This document shows, piece after piece, positions 18,106-32,536 of a DNA stretch of 64,000 bases. Source of the stretch: an uncultured Rickettsiales bacterium (GTDB lineage Bacteria > Pseudomonadota > Alphaproteobacteria > Rickettsiales > SXRF01); NCBI GenBank assembly GCA_964645205.1, contig CAZYBO010000006.1:892-64891 (forward strand), read 5' to 3'. The notes below the pieces were generated by a model, which was given only the letters and a program-made list of their open reading frames with translations, was not told the DNA's origin and ran no database searches. Numbering within the stretch: the first letter of the stretch is position 1; every line of letters begins with the position of its first letter. Position numbers and translations under genes: made by a program.

Positions 18106-19551
18106 TTATTTCTGCAGCTTGCTATGGAAGCGGCTGTATCCGAAGTAAATTAACAGTCCGCAGATGAGGTAAGCGACGTAAAACTTCACCGTAACCGGGT
18201 TCGACAGCAGCCCGGAAATCAGGTAGCCGCAGAACAGGATGCCAAGGATCGGGAAATACGGCGAGAACGGCACGCGGAACGGGCGCGGCAGGTTCGGCTC
18301 CTTATGGCGCAGGTACAGCACACTGAAGCAGATGATGGCAAACGCGCAGAGCGTGCCCAGGCTCACCAAATCGCCAAGGATATCGATCGGCGTGGTCGCG
18401 GCAATCAGACCGATAACCGAGCCGACGATGAGTGTGTTGATCCACGGCGTCTGGAATTTAGGATGCACCTTGGAAAACACCGAAGGCATCAGCCCGTCGC
18501 GCGACATGGTGTAGAAGATGCGCGTCTGGCCATAGAGCAGCACCATCATCACCGAGGTAAGCCCGGCAATCGCACCGATTTTCACCACGAAGGTCAGCCA
18601 CGGCAGACCAATCACATCCACCGCCTTGGCAATGGGATCGGGCACGCTGAGGGTAGAGTACGGAACCAATCCGGTCAGCACCAGCGACACGAGGATATAC
18701 AGCACCGTGCACACGAACAGCGAACCGATAATCCCGATGGGAATGTCCCTCTGCGGGTTGCGCGCCTCTTGCGCCGCAGTCGATACCGCCTCGAACCCTA
18801 CATAGGCGAAGAACACGATGCCTGCGCCGCGCAATATGCCATCCCATCCGTACTGCCCGGGAACGCCGGTGGGTTCGGGGATGAACGGGCTCCAGTTTTC
18901 AGGATTGACGTAAAACGCGCCGATACCGATGAACAGCAGCACCACGGTTACCTTGATCGCCACGATGATATTGTTCACGTTCACCGATTCCTTCACGCCG
19001 AGCACGAGCAGCAGGGTCATCATGCCGATACCCACCAGCGCGGGTAGGTTGAAACCACCGCTGGCCACCAATACGCCCGCCGCATGGTCCATATGCACGG
19101 TAGGCGTCGTCAGCTCGATAGGAATCACGATGCCGAAATTCTTGAGAAAACTCACGACATAGCCCGACCAGCCGACCGCAACCGTCGATGCCGCCACACC
19201 ATATTCAAGCAGCAGCAGCCAGCCCATCGTCCACGCGAAAATCTCACCGAGCGAAGCATAGGAATAGGAATATGCGCTGCCCGAAACCGGCAGCATCGAA
19301 GCAAGTTCCGCATAGCACAGCGCGGCGAACGCACAGCACAGCCCGGCCAAAATAAAGGAGATGATAATCGCAGGCCCGGCATAATCCGCCGCCGCCTTGC
19401 CGGTCATCACGAAAATCCCCGCGCCGATGATACAGCCGATACCGAGGCTCACAAGGTTGGCTGCCGACAGCGTGCGCTTCAATTCGCCACCTTCTGATTC
19501 CTTCTGGATAACGCTGATAGGTTTTTTGACCAGTAACTTGGAGAGATTCAT
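18106..19551 (-). CDS. APC-family amino acid permease (cationic amino acid transporter-like)
   Basis: About 12 TM. N-terminal signature LSAANLVSLGIGCIIGAGIFVMTG. Confidence 0.85.
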   Translation of the reverse strand: MNLSKLLVKKPISVIQKESEGGELKRTLSAANLVSLGIGCIIGAGIFVMTGKAAADYAGPAIIISFILAGLCCAFAALCYAELASMLPVSGSAYSYSYASLGEIFAWTMGWLLLLEYGVAASTVAVGWSGYVVSFLKNFGIVIPIELTTPTVHMDHAAGVLVASGGFNLPALVGIGMMTLLLVLGVKESVNVNNIIVAIKVTVVLLFIGIGAFYVNPENWSPFIPEPTGVPGQYGWDGILRGAGIVFFAYVGFEAVSTAAQEARNPQRDIPIGIIGSLFVCTVLYILVSLVLTGLVPYSTLSVPDPIAKAVDVIGLPWLTFVVKIGAIAGLTSVMMVLLYGQTRIFYTMSRDGLMPSVFSKVHPKFQTPWINTLIVGSVIGLIAATTPIDILGDLVSLGTLCAFAIICFSVLYLRHKEPNLPRPFRVPFSPYFPILGILFCGYLISGLLSNPVTVKFYVAYLICGLLIYFGYSRFHSKLQK

Positions 19552-19631
19552 GCAGCCTCCTGTGCTAAAAATAATAACCGGCTATTTCTATACGGTTATG
19601 CGTTATTTGCAAGGCGGTTGTATAAGTCCGA

Positions 19632-20552
19632 CTAACGCGCTAAACATTGCTCAAAACCCGCCGCCAGCCCTTCCAGCAGATCAAAATAGAGCGCGGCACC
19701 CGGCGCAAGCAGCGCGCCTTCGGGGTCGAGCACGGAGGCCTTCGCGCCGGTTTCCTCCACCAGCGCGTCCACCGCCCTGCGGTCGAACGACGGTTCCGCG
19801 AACACGCAGCGCGCACCGGTTTTGCGGATTCGGGCGCGTATCTCCTGCACATGCTTCACGCCCGGCGACTGCTCGGGATGGAGTGTGATCGCACCCAGCG
19901 CGCTCAATCCGAAATCTTTTTCAAAATACTGATATGCGTCATGGAACACCACGAAAGTTTTTCCTGAAAGCGCTTTCATGCGCGGCTTCAATGCAGCCTC
20001 CAGTGCATCCAGCTTCTTCTCCAGCGCCTTCGCATTGTCGGCATAACGCGCGGCATGTTCGGGATAGGTGGCAGACAGCGAGGCGGCAACCTGCCGCACC
20101 ATCGCCTTGGCATTCGCAGGCGACAGCCAGAGATGCAGATCGTTCGCCTTCTCTCCTTCACGCTCATGATCGTGATCGTGCTCATGTTCGTGCGTTTCCC
20201 ACATCGCAGTGTCGCGCACGGGATGGAGCCGCACCTGCGGCGCCTTATCCATCGCCTGCCACACGCCGGTAGAACCGCTTTTGCGGATTTTTTCGAGAAA
20301 CAGCTCGAAGCCGTCGCCCATATAGAACACAAGATCGGCCTTCTCGATCGCCCGCATTTGCGATGGCAGCAGCGCGAACGTATGCACAGAGGCTTTGCCG
20401 TCCACCAGCAGCGACGGTTGCTGCGCGTCGCCTTCCATCACGGCGGCCACCAGCGAATGCAGCGGCTTGATCGTAACCACCACCCCGCCCGCATAGGCGG
20501 GCAGCGCGAAACATAGCGCGGCCAGCAAGGGAAAAAATGCACGAAACTTCAT
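19632..20552 (-). CDS. znuA: Zinc ABC transporter substrate-binding protein ZnuA
   Basis: Signal peptide MKFRAFFPLLAALCFALPAYA (track start 20564 is also possible). His/Asp/Glu-rich loop HEHEHDHDHEREGE. Also LHLWLSP and VFHDAYQYF motifs. Confidence 0.8.
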   Translation of the reverse strand: MKFRAFFPLLAALCFALPAYAGGVVVTIKPLHSLVAAVMEGDAQQPSLLVDGKASVHTFALLPSQMRAIEKADLVFYMGDGFELFLEKIRKSGSTGVWQAMDKAPQVRLHPVRDTAMWETHEHEHDHDHEREGEKANDLHLWLSPANAKAMVRQVAASLSATYPEHAARYADNAKALEKKLDALEAALKPRMKALSGKTFVVFHDAYQYFEKDFGLSALGAITLHPEQSPGVKHVQEIRARIRKTGARCVFAEPSFDRRAVDALVEETGAKASVLDPEGALLAPGAALYFDLLEGLAAGFEQCLAR

Positions 20553-22327
20553 ACCGGCTTGCATCGTTCATGGAGCCATGCGGCGGGCGCGTCATCCAGC
20601 AGCGGACGAAGCTGCGATTCCACCCATGCGTGGTAGGCGTTGAGCCACTGCTCCTCTTCCACCGTCAGCATCGACGCTTCCACCAGCCGCGTGTCGATCG
20701 GCACGCAGGTCAACGTGTCGAAGCCGAAATAGGCCTTGCCGTTTTCGCCTTTGCGACGCGGCGACACTGCCACCAGATTTTCGATACGTATGCCGTATTC
20801 CCCGCTCTTGTAATAGCCCGGCTCGTTGGATACCACCATGCCTACCGCAAGCTGCGCGTCGCCCCCGCGCTTGCTGATGCGCTGCGGGCCTTCATGCACG
20901 TTGAGAAAACAGCCGACGCCGTGGCCGGTGCCGTGATCGTAGTCCAGCCCCGCCTGCCATAAATACTGCCGCGCCAGCGCATCGATCTGCGAACCGCACG
21001 TACCTTCAGGGAACTGCGCGGCTGCAATAGCGATATGGCCTTTGAGCACGCGTGTGAAGCGATCCCTGTGCTCCTCCCCTGGTATGCCGATAGGCACCGT
21101 GCGCGTAATATCGGTCGTGCCTTCGGGATATTGCCCGCCGGAATCGAGCAGGAACAACTCACCCTTGCGCAGGATACGGTTGGTTGCATCCGTGGCGCGG
21201 TAATGCACGATCGCGCCATTGCCGCCGCTTCCGGAAATCGTGGAGAAGCTCGGCGAATGAAATTGTGAATCTTGCGCGCGGAACCGATGCAGCGCCTCGC
21301 ACACCTCCAGTTCCGAAACATCGCGCCTGCTTGTTTCCGTATCAAGCCAGTGCAGCAGTTTCACCACCGCCGCACCGTCACGCGTATGCGCCGCTTCCAT
21401 GCCCGCCAGCTCGGTAGCGTTCTTGATCGCCTTGGGCAGCACGCACGGGTCGGGCGCATTGACAAGTTTCGCGCCCGCCTTGGTCAGCGCTTCAGTATAG
21501 GCGATGGAGGTGGCGCGCTGGTCGCACAGCACCGCCGCTTTTTCTTTTCCCAACGCTGCAAGCGCAGCCTCCAGCGAAGCCGGATCGCACACCGTCACCT
21601 CATTACCCAGATGCCGCAGCACCTCCGCACCGCAACGCGAAGGCGACACGAAAAGCTGCGCGCGCCCGTTTGCGTCCAGCAGCGCCGCAGACAGCGCCAG
21701 TGGGGAATGCTCCGTGTCGTTGCCGCGTATGTTCAGCAGCCAGTTCACCGAATCGGGCGCCGTGATGAGCGCCGCCTGCGCGCCCGCTTTCCCGATAGTT
21801 TCCGCCACGCGCCTGCGTTTGCTCTCCGACGTTTCACCGCAATAGGCAATGGTATGAACGATAAGCGGGGAAGCGCAGGGTGCAGGCCTGTCGTGCCACA
21901 GCTCGTCTACAAAGTTTGGGCACGCTACCAGCGCAATGTTTGCATTATCGAGCGCCTGCTGCATCCGGCGTATGGTGTCCGGCGTGTAGAGCCGCGCATC
22001 GTACCCGATATGCGAGCGCGTGCCCGCATGCGCGGCAAGCCACGCTTCCGGCGTCAGCTCGCCGTTGTTATGCACGGAGAAAATCTGCGCATCGAGTTCC
22101 GCGGCGGCCTGCAGCGTATAGCGGCCGTCGGTAAAAAACGCGCACTTGTCCTCAAGCACCGCTACCGTCCCGGCCGATCCGGTGAAGCCCGTAAGCCATT
22201 CCAGCCTGCGGTTGCAGGCGGGGGGATATTCGTTCATGAATTCATCGTTGGCCGGCTGCAAAAATCCCTGAATGCCATGTTTATTAAGCATTTTTTGGAT
22301 TTGCAGCACTCGCTCGCGCACATCCAT
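20549..22327 (-). CDS. pepP: M24-family Xaa-Pro aminopeptidase (aminopeptidase P)
   Basis: C-terminal pita-bread motifs DYDHGTGHGVG, VSNEPGYY and GIRIENL. N-terminal creatinase-like domains. Confidence 0.85.
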   Translation of the reverse strand: MDVRERVLQIQKMLNKHGIQGFLQPANDEFMNEYPPACNRRLEWLTGFTGSAGTVAVLEDKCAFFTDGRYTLQAAAELDAQIFSVHNNGELTPEAWLAAHAGTRSHIGYDARLYTPDTIRRMQQALDNANIALVACPNFVDELWHDRPAPCASPLIVHTIAYCGETSESKRRRVAETIGKAGAQAALITAPDSVNWLLNIRGNDTEHSPLALSAALLDANGRAQLFVSPSRCGAEVLRHLGNEVTVCDPASLEAALAALGKEKAAVLCDQRATSIAYTEALTKAGAKLVNAPDPCVLPKAIKNATELAGMEAAHTRDGAAVVKLLHWLDTETSRRDVSELEVCEALHRFRAQDSQFHSPSFSTISGSGGNGAIVHYRATDATNRILRKGELFLLDSGGQYPEGTTDITRTVPIGIPGEEHRDRFTRVLKGHIAIAAAQFPEGTCGSQIDALARQYLWQAGLDYDHGTGHGVGCFLNVHEGPQRISKRGGDAQLAVGMVVSNEPGYYKSGEYGIRIENLVAVSPRRKGENGKAYFGFDTLTCVPIDTRLVEASMLTVEEEQWLNAYHAWVESQLRPLLDDAPAAWLHERCKPV

Positions 22328-22412
22328 CGCGACCCGTCTTTCTTTAAGGATATTTAATTGGTTACCTGTATGCTATCGGTAGTCGTGCGGTTGCTAACAT
22401 AGGTTTAGTGTA

Positions 22413-23384
22413 ATGCGCTTACAACCATCCGCATTCTTATGCATTGTAACATGGTTTGCAACTGCTTCCGTGGCCTTCGCCGCGTCATGGAATTTCCGGG
22501 ACGATACGCGCAAGCCGGTTGCCGTCATTTACTTCAAATCGGAAGAAACGCGCGGCGGCAAATCGCTTAACACCGTGCGCCACATGATCGACCAGTCGAA
22601 AAGTGATTTCGCGCTTACCATCGAAGCCATCGAACTCGGCAACGAGTCCGACCTCGAATCACGCATTGAGCGCCTTGCGGAGGAACCGCCCGGCCTCATC
22701 GTTGTCATCTCCCCGCGCGACATGGAGCGGCTCACCAAAATCCCGAGCCTCTATCCCGACATACGTTTTTCTTTCGTCGACGTCCTCAAGCCGGTCTATC
22801 TCGCCAACACGCGCTCCGTGGTTTTCAAGGAACTGGAAGGTGCGTTCCTCATCGGCGCGCTGGCCGCCCTGCACTCCCCGCAGCAACGCATCGCATTTGT
22901 CAGCGCGAAAGACACGCCGCGCGCGCGCAATCTCGCCTATGGCTTCATGCAGGGCGCGAAATATATCAGCCCCGACATTGAAATCCCGCACCATATGGCG
23001 CAGAAAGCCATGCCCTACGACGACGTCACCGATATTTTCTTCCTGCTCGACAATGCGCTGCTGCCATCCGCCCTGCACCACGCGCGCCCCAAGGGACAGA
23101 AGCTCATCACCTATGACGACGACATGCGCGGCGGCGCGCCGGACACCATCCTCACCAGCCTGGTGAAGCGCCGCGACCTCGCATTATACGAAACGCTGAA
23201 AGCCTACCGGCAGGATTTATGGGCGCCGGGGAATATCGCCGTCGGCGTAAACGGCGGCTATCTCGATTATTCGCTGAATCCGCGTAATCCAGCGCAGCTA
23301 TCGAAAGCCACCATCGACAAAGCGGAAACGATCAAAGACCTGATCTCGCAGCGCATCATCGAAGTGCTGCCCGCGACCCCCTGA
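22413..23384 (+). CDS. BMP-family (PnrA/Med-like) periplasmic substrate-binding protein
   Basis: Signal-like N-terminus. Motifs FKELEGAFLIGALAAL, RIAFVSA, GFMQGAKYISPDIEI and ILTSLVKRRDLALYETLKA resemble the basic-membrane-protein family. Confidence 0.55.
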   Translation: MRLQPSAFLCIVTWFATASVAFAASWNFRDDTRKPVAVIYFKSEETRGGKSLNTVRHMIDQSKSDFALTIEAIELGNESDLESRIERLAEEPPGLIVVISPRDMERLTKIPSLYPDIRFSFVDVLKPVYLANTRSVVFKELEGAFLIGALAALHSPQQRIAFVSAKDTPRARNLAYGFMQGAKYISPDIEIPHHMAQKAMPYDDVTDIFFLLDNALLPSALHHARPKGQKLITYDDDMRGGAPDTILTSLVKRRDLALYETLKAYRQDLWAPGNIAVGVNGGYLDYSLNPRNPAQLSKATIDKAETIKDLISQRIIEVLPATP

Positions 23385-23421
23385 CATATGCTCCCTCGCC
23401 CCTTGCGTGAGAGGGAGAAAA

Positions 23422-28057
<4,636 letters not shown>

Positions 28058-28065
28058 GGCATTCC

Positions 28066-28872
28066 CTATGGAATAATCGCGTCCCACCAGGAGTTGGACG
28101 ATGCGCCCTTGGCAGGGGTGGATTCATTGCCCATCATGGCGTAGCTGTCCCGGTACCACGCGCTGGACGGATAGTTGTGGCCGAGTACGGCGGCGTAGCG
28201 ACGCGCTTCTTCCGTCACCCCGAGCTTGAGGTAGCATTCGACAAGGCGGTGCAGCGCCTCGGGCACGTGCGTGGTGGTCTGGTAATTTTCGACGACAATG
28301 CGGAAACGGTTGATGGCGGCGAGGTAATCCTCGCGCGTCTGGTAGTAACGCCCGACCTGCATTTCCTTACCCGCGAGATGGTCAATCGTCAGATCGAGTT
28401 TGATTTTCGCATCGCGCGCATATTCGCTTTCAGGGAAACGGCGCACGACTTCGCGCAGCGCCTGCATCGCTTCCTCGGTGATTTTCTGGTCGCGCCCTAC
28501 GTCGGAAATCTGGCCGTAATAGCACAGCGCGATAAGGTAGTACGCATAGGGCGTCGATTCATTGTCGGGATACAGTTTTACATAACGCTGGAGCGTGGCC
28601 ACGGCTGCGTCGTAATCCTCCGCCTTGTAGCTGGCGTAACCGGACATGACTTCCGCATGCGGAGCCCACTGCGAATAGGGATGCTGGCGCTCGACTTCCT
28701 CGAAGGCTTTTACGGCGTCCTTGTAATCCTTTTCATCCACCAGCGCGCGCGCATCGCCATAGAGTTTTTCGGCGCTGTCGGGGGCTTTGACGGCGGGTTC
28801 GGAATCGCTGTCGCCGCAGGCGGAAAGCAGCAACAGTACAGCGGCGAGCGCGTAAGGGATACGTGTGATCAT
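28066..28872 (-). CDS. bamD: Outer membrane protein assembly factor BamD
   Basis: Lipobox LLLSACG. TPR-like repeats with the YPxSxxAxxA pattern (QHPYSQWAPHAEV, RFPESEYARDA, NYPSSAWYRDS). Confidence 0.85.
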   Translation of the reverse strand: MITRIPYALAAVLLLLSACGDSDSEPAVKAPDSAEKLYGDARALVDEKDYKDAVKAFEEVERQHPYSQWAPHAEVMSGYASYKAEDYDAAVATLQRYVKLYPDNESTPYAYYLIALCYYGQISDVGRDQKITEEAMQALREVVRRFPESEYARDAKIKLDLTIDHLAGKEMQVGRYYQTREDYLAAINRFRIVVENYQTTTHVPEALHRLVECYLKLGVTEEARRYAAVLGHNYPSSAWYRDSYAMMGNESTPAKGASSNSWWDAIIP

Positions 28873-28922
28873 GCCTGATATATATCAGGCAAAATCAGGC
28901 CTGTACAACGGGAAAATGCAGC

Positions 28923-29852
28923 TTAGGCGTAAGCCGGTACAATGCCGCTGGCGGCAGGAAACGCGGCAGGTTGCGCCACATCCGCACGGGTGATGACGTA
29001 AGCCGACTCATCAGCCATCAGCGCGCGCAGCAGGGCGTTGTTGATCGCGTGGCCGGGGCGCAGGAAGGTGAAGTGCCCATCGATGCGGCAACCGGCGAGG
29101 AACAGATCGCCGACGCAATCAAGCGCCTTGTGGCGCACGAATTCATCGTCATAGCGAAGGCCGTCGGTGTTGAGAATCTTATCCTTGCCCACGACGATCG
29201 CGTTGTCGAGCGAGCCGCCGAGCGCAAGCCCCATCGAACGCATGGCGGTGACTTCGTGCTCGAACCCGAAGGTACGCGCGCGGGATAACGACTGTTTGAA
29301 GGTGGTTTCACGGAAGTCGTAATGCGAGGATTGGCGATCCACCACCGCGTTATTGTACTGAATTTCGATGCTGATGACGCAGCCTTCATCGCCTTCACGG
29401 TTCGGTTCGACGCGCGCAATGCAATTACCTTCGCGCACTTCCACGGGCTTGAGCACACGCAGGATGCGGCGCGCAGCGGCGGTTTCCACGATACCAGCGC
29501 AATCGATCATGAACATGAACGGCTCCGAGCTGCCGTCCATAATCGGCACTTCCGGCCCGTCGAGTTCGACCACAGCATTATCCACGCCCGCGCCCCACAG
29601 CGCAGCCATGAGATGCTCGATAGTGGCGACTGTCACGCCGAAGCGGTTACGGATGGTGGTGCCGAGGCGGGTTTCGCACACCGCGTCGAAACGCGCGGGC
29701 ACCCATGCATGGTCGGCCGCCACGTCGAGGCGTTTGAACACGATGCCGCTGTCAGCTTCGGCGGGGTAAAGGCTGAGCTTCACCTGGCTGCCACTATGCA
29801 GGCCGATGCCTGAGCAGGAGACGGGATTGCGAAGCGTGGTCTGGCGGTTCAT
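28923..29852 (-). CDS. lpxC: UDP-3-O-acyl-N-acetylglucosamine deacetylase
   Basis: Motifs GIGLHSG, TIEHLMAAL, FGFEHEV and FVRHKALDCVGDL. Start trimmed to MNRQTTLRNP. Confidence 0.9.
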   Translation of the reverse strand: MNRQTTLRNPVSCSGIGLHSGSQVKLSLYPAEADSGIVFKRLDVAADHAWVPARFDAVCETRLGTTIRNRFGVTVATIEHLMAALWGAGVDNAVVELDGPEVPIMDGSSEPFMFMIDCAGIVETAAARRILRVLKPVEVREGNCIARVEPNREGDEGCVISIEIQYNNAVVDRQSSHYDFRETTFKQSLSRARTFGFEHEVTAMRSMGLALGGSLDNAIVVGKDKILNTDGLRYDDEFVRHKALDCVGDLFLAGCRIDGHFTFLRPGHAINNALLRALMADESAYVITRADVAQPAAFPAASGIVPAYA

Positions 29853-30039
29853 CGTAGGTATTTCCTTGGGTTTTTGATTCGAGCCAAGGGTACGTGGCAG
29901 GGACGCGCTTTTCAAATCACTGTTTGTTACAGTTTGTTGCAAGCCCTTGTTGGTAATGGTTTCTTAGGGATTGGAACGTGCCCCGATGCGGTTTCCAGCC
30001 TAGAAACACAAGCCTATGCATGCCATATCACGTATATAT

Positions 30040-30095
30040 AAAACAAAAACAATAAGATAAACGAAAAATCGTGCCCCGATCCGCGCGATTTTTCG
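30040..30095 (-). terminator. Putative terminator after ftsZ
   Basis: Hairpin CGAAAAATCGtGC...GCgCGATTTTTCG at 30062-30095. On the minus strand a T-rich run follows (cgtttatcttattgttttt). Confidence 0.45.
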
Positions 30096-30129
30096 TCCGT
30101 TACGATATTTTTAACTAGTGCGGCGGGCG

Positions 30130-31773
30130 CTAGTTAGCCTGCCTACGCAGAAATGCGGGAATGTCGAGATACTGATCCTCGCTTTGCCCCCTCGCAGGTT
30201 TTTCGGATGTATCGGCGGCGGCGGGCGCTTTCTGCACGACATGCACACGCTCCATCACTTCCGTGCGCTGCGCTACACCTTCATTACGCGACGACAACGC
30301 GCGGCCCACATCGGCCATACGCTGGAAGAAGCCGCGGCCGTTATTTTCATCGCGCATCGGCTCACGATATTCGCGCCGAGGCGAGATCGCCGCGCCCATG
30401 ACGGCACGTTCCTCTTCTTCATACGGCACCGCGGCCGAAGCGGGATCGCGGTGCACATGCAACGATTCCTGCTGCGGCGCCATGCGAATTTCGGGTTCCT
30501 GCGCATAGTCGGCGCGTGCGTGCGATACAGGCGCTTCCTGCATTTGAGGCATGCGCGATTCGGTTTCTACCGGGCGTTCGATGCGCACGGCGCCACCTGC
30601 ACGTTGCTCTACAGGCGCACGCTGCGCGGGGGCAGGCTGCTGCGCTTCCTGCGGGGCATACGGGCGCGGCGCATCGTAAGTCGGCACGACACGGGCTGCG
30701 GGAGCGGCTTTCGGGGCTTCCTGCTTAGGCGTGGCGGATGCGAACGTATAGGGTTTTTTCGGTTCGGCGGCGGTGAATTTCTGGCCGCCGGAATTGGCCA
30801 TCGCTTGCGCTTCGATACCGGTGGCGACCACCGATACGCGCATGCGGCCTTCCATGCCGTCGTTGAAGGTGGAGCCGAAAATGATATTAGCTTCAGGATC
30901 GACTTCCTCGCGCACGCGGTTGGCGGCTTCATCCACTTCAAACAATGTCATGTCGGGACCGCCGGTGATATTGATAAGCAACGCGCGCGCGCCTTTGAGC
31001 GACACGTCATCGAGGAGCGGGTTGGAAATCGCGGCTTCTGCGGCTTCGATGGCGCGACGATCGCCGGTGGCTTCGCCGGTTCCCATCATCGCTTTGCCCA
31101 TCTCGCGCATGACGGTGCGGATGTCGGCGAAATCGAGGTTGATAAGGCCGGGCTTCACCATCAGGTCGGTCACGCCGCGCACGCCGGAATGCAGTACTTC
31201 ATCAGCCATTTTGAACGCGTCGGCAAAGGTCGTGCGCTCGTTAGCGATACGGAACAAGTTCTGGTTGGGGATCATGATCAGCGTATCGACATAGTCCTGT
31301 AATTCTTTCAGGCCGTTTTCCGCAAGGCGCATGCGGTGCGAGCCTTCAAACTGGAACGGCTTGGTGACGACCGCCACCGTGAGCACGCCCATATCCTTGG
31401 CGATGCGCGCCACGACGGACGCCGCACCGGTGCCGGTGCCGCCGCCCATGCCGGCGGTGATGAACACCATGTTGCTGCCTTCGATATAGGCAGCGATCTC
31501 ATCGCGCGCTTCTTCGGCTGCGGCGCGTCCTACTTCCGGGTTCGCACCCGCGCCGAGGCCTTTGGTAATGCCTGCGCCGAGCTGGATGGTGCGTTCGGTG
31601 AGCGAGTGGTCGAGCGCCTGCGCGTCCGTGTTCGCCACCACGAAGTTCACGCCTTCGAGATTAGAGGCAATCATGTTGTTGACGGCGTTGCCGCCTGCGC
31701 CGCCGACGCCAACGACCGTGATGGTGGGACGAAGCTGCTCGTTCTTCACCGGAATATGCAAATTGATTGTCAT
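30130..31773 (-). CDS. ftsZ: Cell division GTPase FtsZ with long Pro/Ala/Gln-rich linker
   Basis: [12 protein letters not shown] and tubulin signature [12 protein letters not shown]-terminal conserved peptide [15 protein letters not shown]. Start trimmed to MTINLHIP. Confidence 0.95.
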   Translation of the reverse strand: MTINLHIPVKNEQLRPTITVVGVGGAGGNAVNNMIASNLEGVNFVVANTDAQALDHSLTERTIQLGAGITKGLGAGANPEVGRAAAEEARDEIAAYIEGSNMVFITAGMGGGTGTGAASVVARIAKDMGVLTVAVVTKPFQFEGSHRMRLAENGLKELQDYVDTLIMIPNQNLFRIANERTTFADAFKMADEVLHSGVRGVTDLMVKPGLINLDFADIRTVMREMGKAMMGTGEATGDRRAIEAAEAAISNPLLDDVSLKGARALLINITGGPDMTLFEVDEAANRVREEVDPEANIIFGSTFNDGMEGRMRVSVVATGIEAQAMANSGGQKFTAAEPKKPYTFASATPKQEAPKAAPAARVVPTYDAPRPYAPQEAQQPAPAQRAPVEQRAGGAVRIERPVETESRMPQMQEAPVSHARADYAQEPEIRMAPQQESLHVHRDPASAAVPYEEEERAVMGAAISPRREYREPMRDENNGRGFFQRMADVGRALSSRNEGVAQRTEVMERVHVVQKAPAAADTSEKPARGQSEDQYLDIPAFLRRQAN

Positions 31774-31882
31774 GAAAACCCCCTGCCCGTTTATGACGAC
31801 TGTCACATATTGAACTATTTAATTACTTTTACCACTAGATTTTGTGGTTTGCATGTAAAAAATACTACGCGGGATAGGGAAA

Positions 31883-32473
31883 TTATCGGCGGGGATGCAG
31901 CAGCGTCGAAGACGATTGCAGTGTTTGTGCCATCACCTCTGCTTCACGAAACGCTGCATCCGCCTTCGCTATAGAGGAAAGCGGCATGCTCGCTCGCCCT
32001 TCGGGTATCTCTTTAACGGCGATTGTCACGAGCTTCAGCAATTGTTGCGCATCTTCTACGGTGCCGGGGAGCGACTCAACGCTGTGGCGTGCAAGCGGCA
32101 GATCCACCGCCAACTCCGGCTCTCCCTTGTAATCTCCGCGCAGGAACGCTTCGATATCCTGCGGGATACGCGGTATCGGCCGCGTTTTGGCACGGGAATT
32201 CTGCGCGAGGTCGTCGAATGTCGCTCTAAGTTCGGTAGAGCTTTGCAAAAGGCGCTGAAATTCTTCCTTCAATCCCCCAAGCGACAAGAGGGTTGCAATC
32301 GCCTGCCCTTCGCGGCATGCAGACTCCATCGCGGAAAAACCCACCTGCATCTCCACCGTCATTTTCGCATGGTGTTCCCGTGCAGGATTTACGCGCCTGT
32401 CGGCTTCCGCTTCCGCATGAGATTCGGGTTTGGCGTCGGTGGGCTTTAATTTGAGGAACTGGAAAAAATTCAT
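31883..32473 (-). CDS. Hypothetical 196-aa soluble protein located between ftsA and ftsZ
   Basis: ORF with coding-like codon pattern. The opposite-strand ORF (31895-32449) is Arg/Cys-rich junk. Only a weak RBS is visible and no family was recognised. Confidence 0.55.
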   Translation of the reverse strand: MNFFQFLKLKPTDAKPESHAEAEADRRVNPAREHHAKMTVEMQVGFSAMESACREGQAIATLLSLGGLKEEFQRLLQSSTELRATFDDLAQNSRAKTRPIPRIPQDIEAFLRGDYKGEPELAVDLPLARHSVESLPGTVEDAQQLLKLVTIAVKEIPEGRASMPLSSIAKADAAFREAEVMAQTLQSSSTLLHPRR

Positions 32474-32536
32474 GAACCCAAGCCTAGCACGGAATTATGA
32501 CAATCGCGTGACAAGCATACCGATTTTCAGGGAATT

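Noticed and set aside
29977-30080. 11-nt repeat CGTGCCCCGAT at 29977-29987 and 30070-30080 in the ftsZ-lpxC spacer
   Set aside because: The second copy is simply part of the putative ftsZ terminator stem-loop. Two short copies are insufficient to call a regulatory or mobile element.
30118-31302. Long antisense ORFs opposite conserved genes (e.g. 30118-31302, 33404-34711, 36655-38247, 45040-46404, 21272-22357, 8443-9837, 47711-48703, all + strand)
   Set aside because: These are typical high-GC shadow frames. The products are Arg/His/Ala-rich and low in complexity, with no motifs. Each lies opposite a gene with unambiguous family signatures (ftsZ, ftsQ, murC, murE, pepP, ftsI and others).
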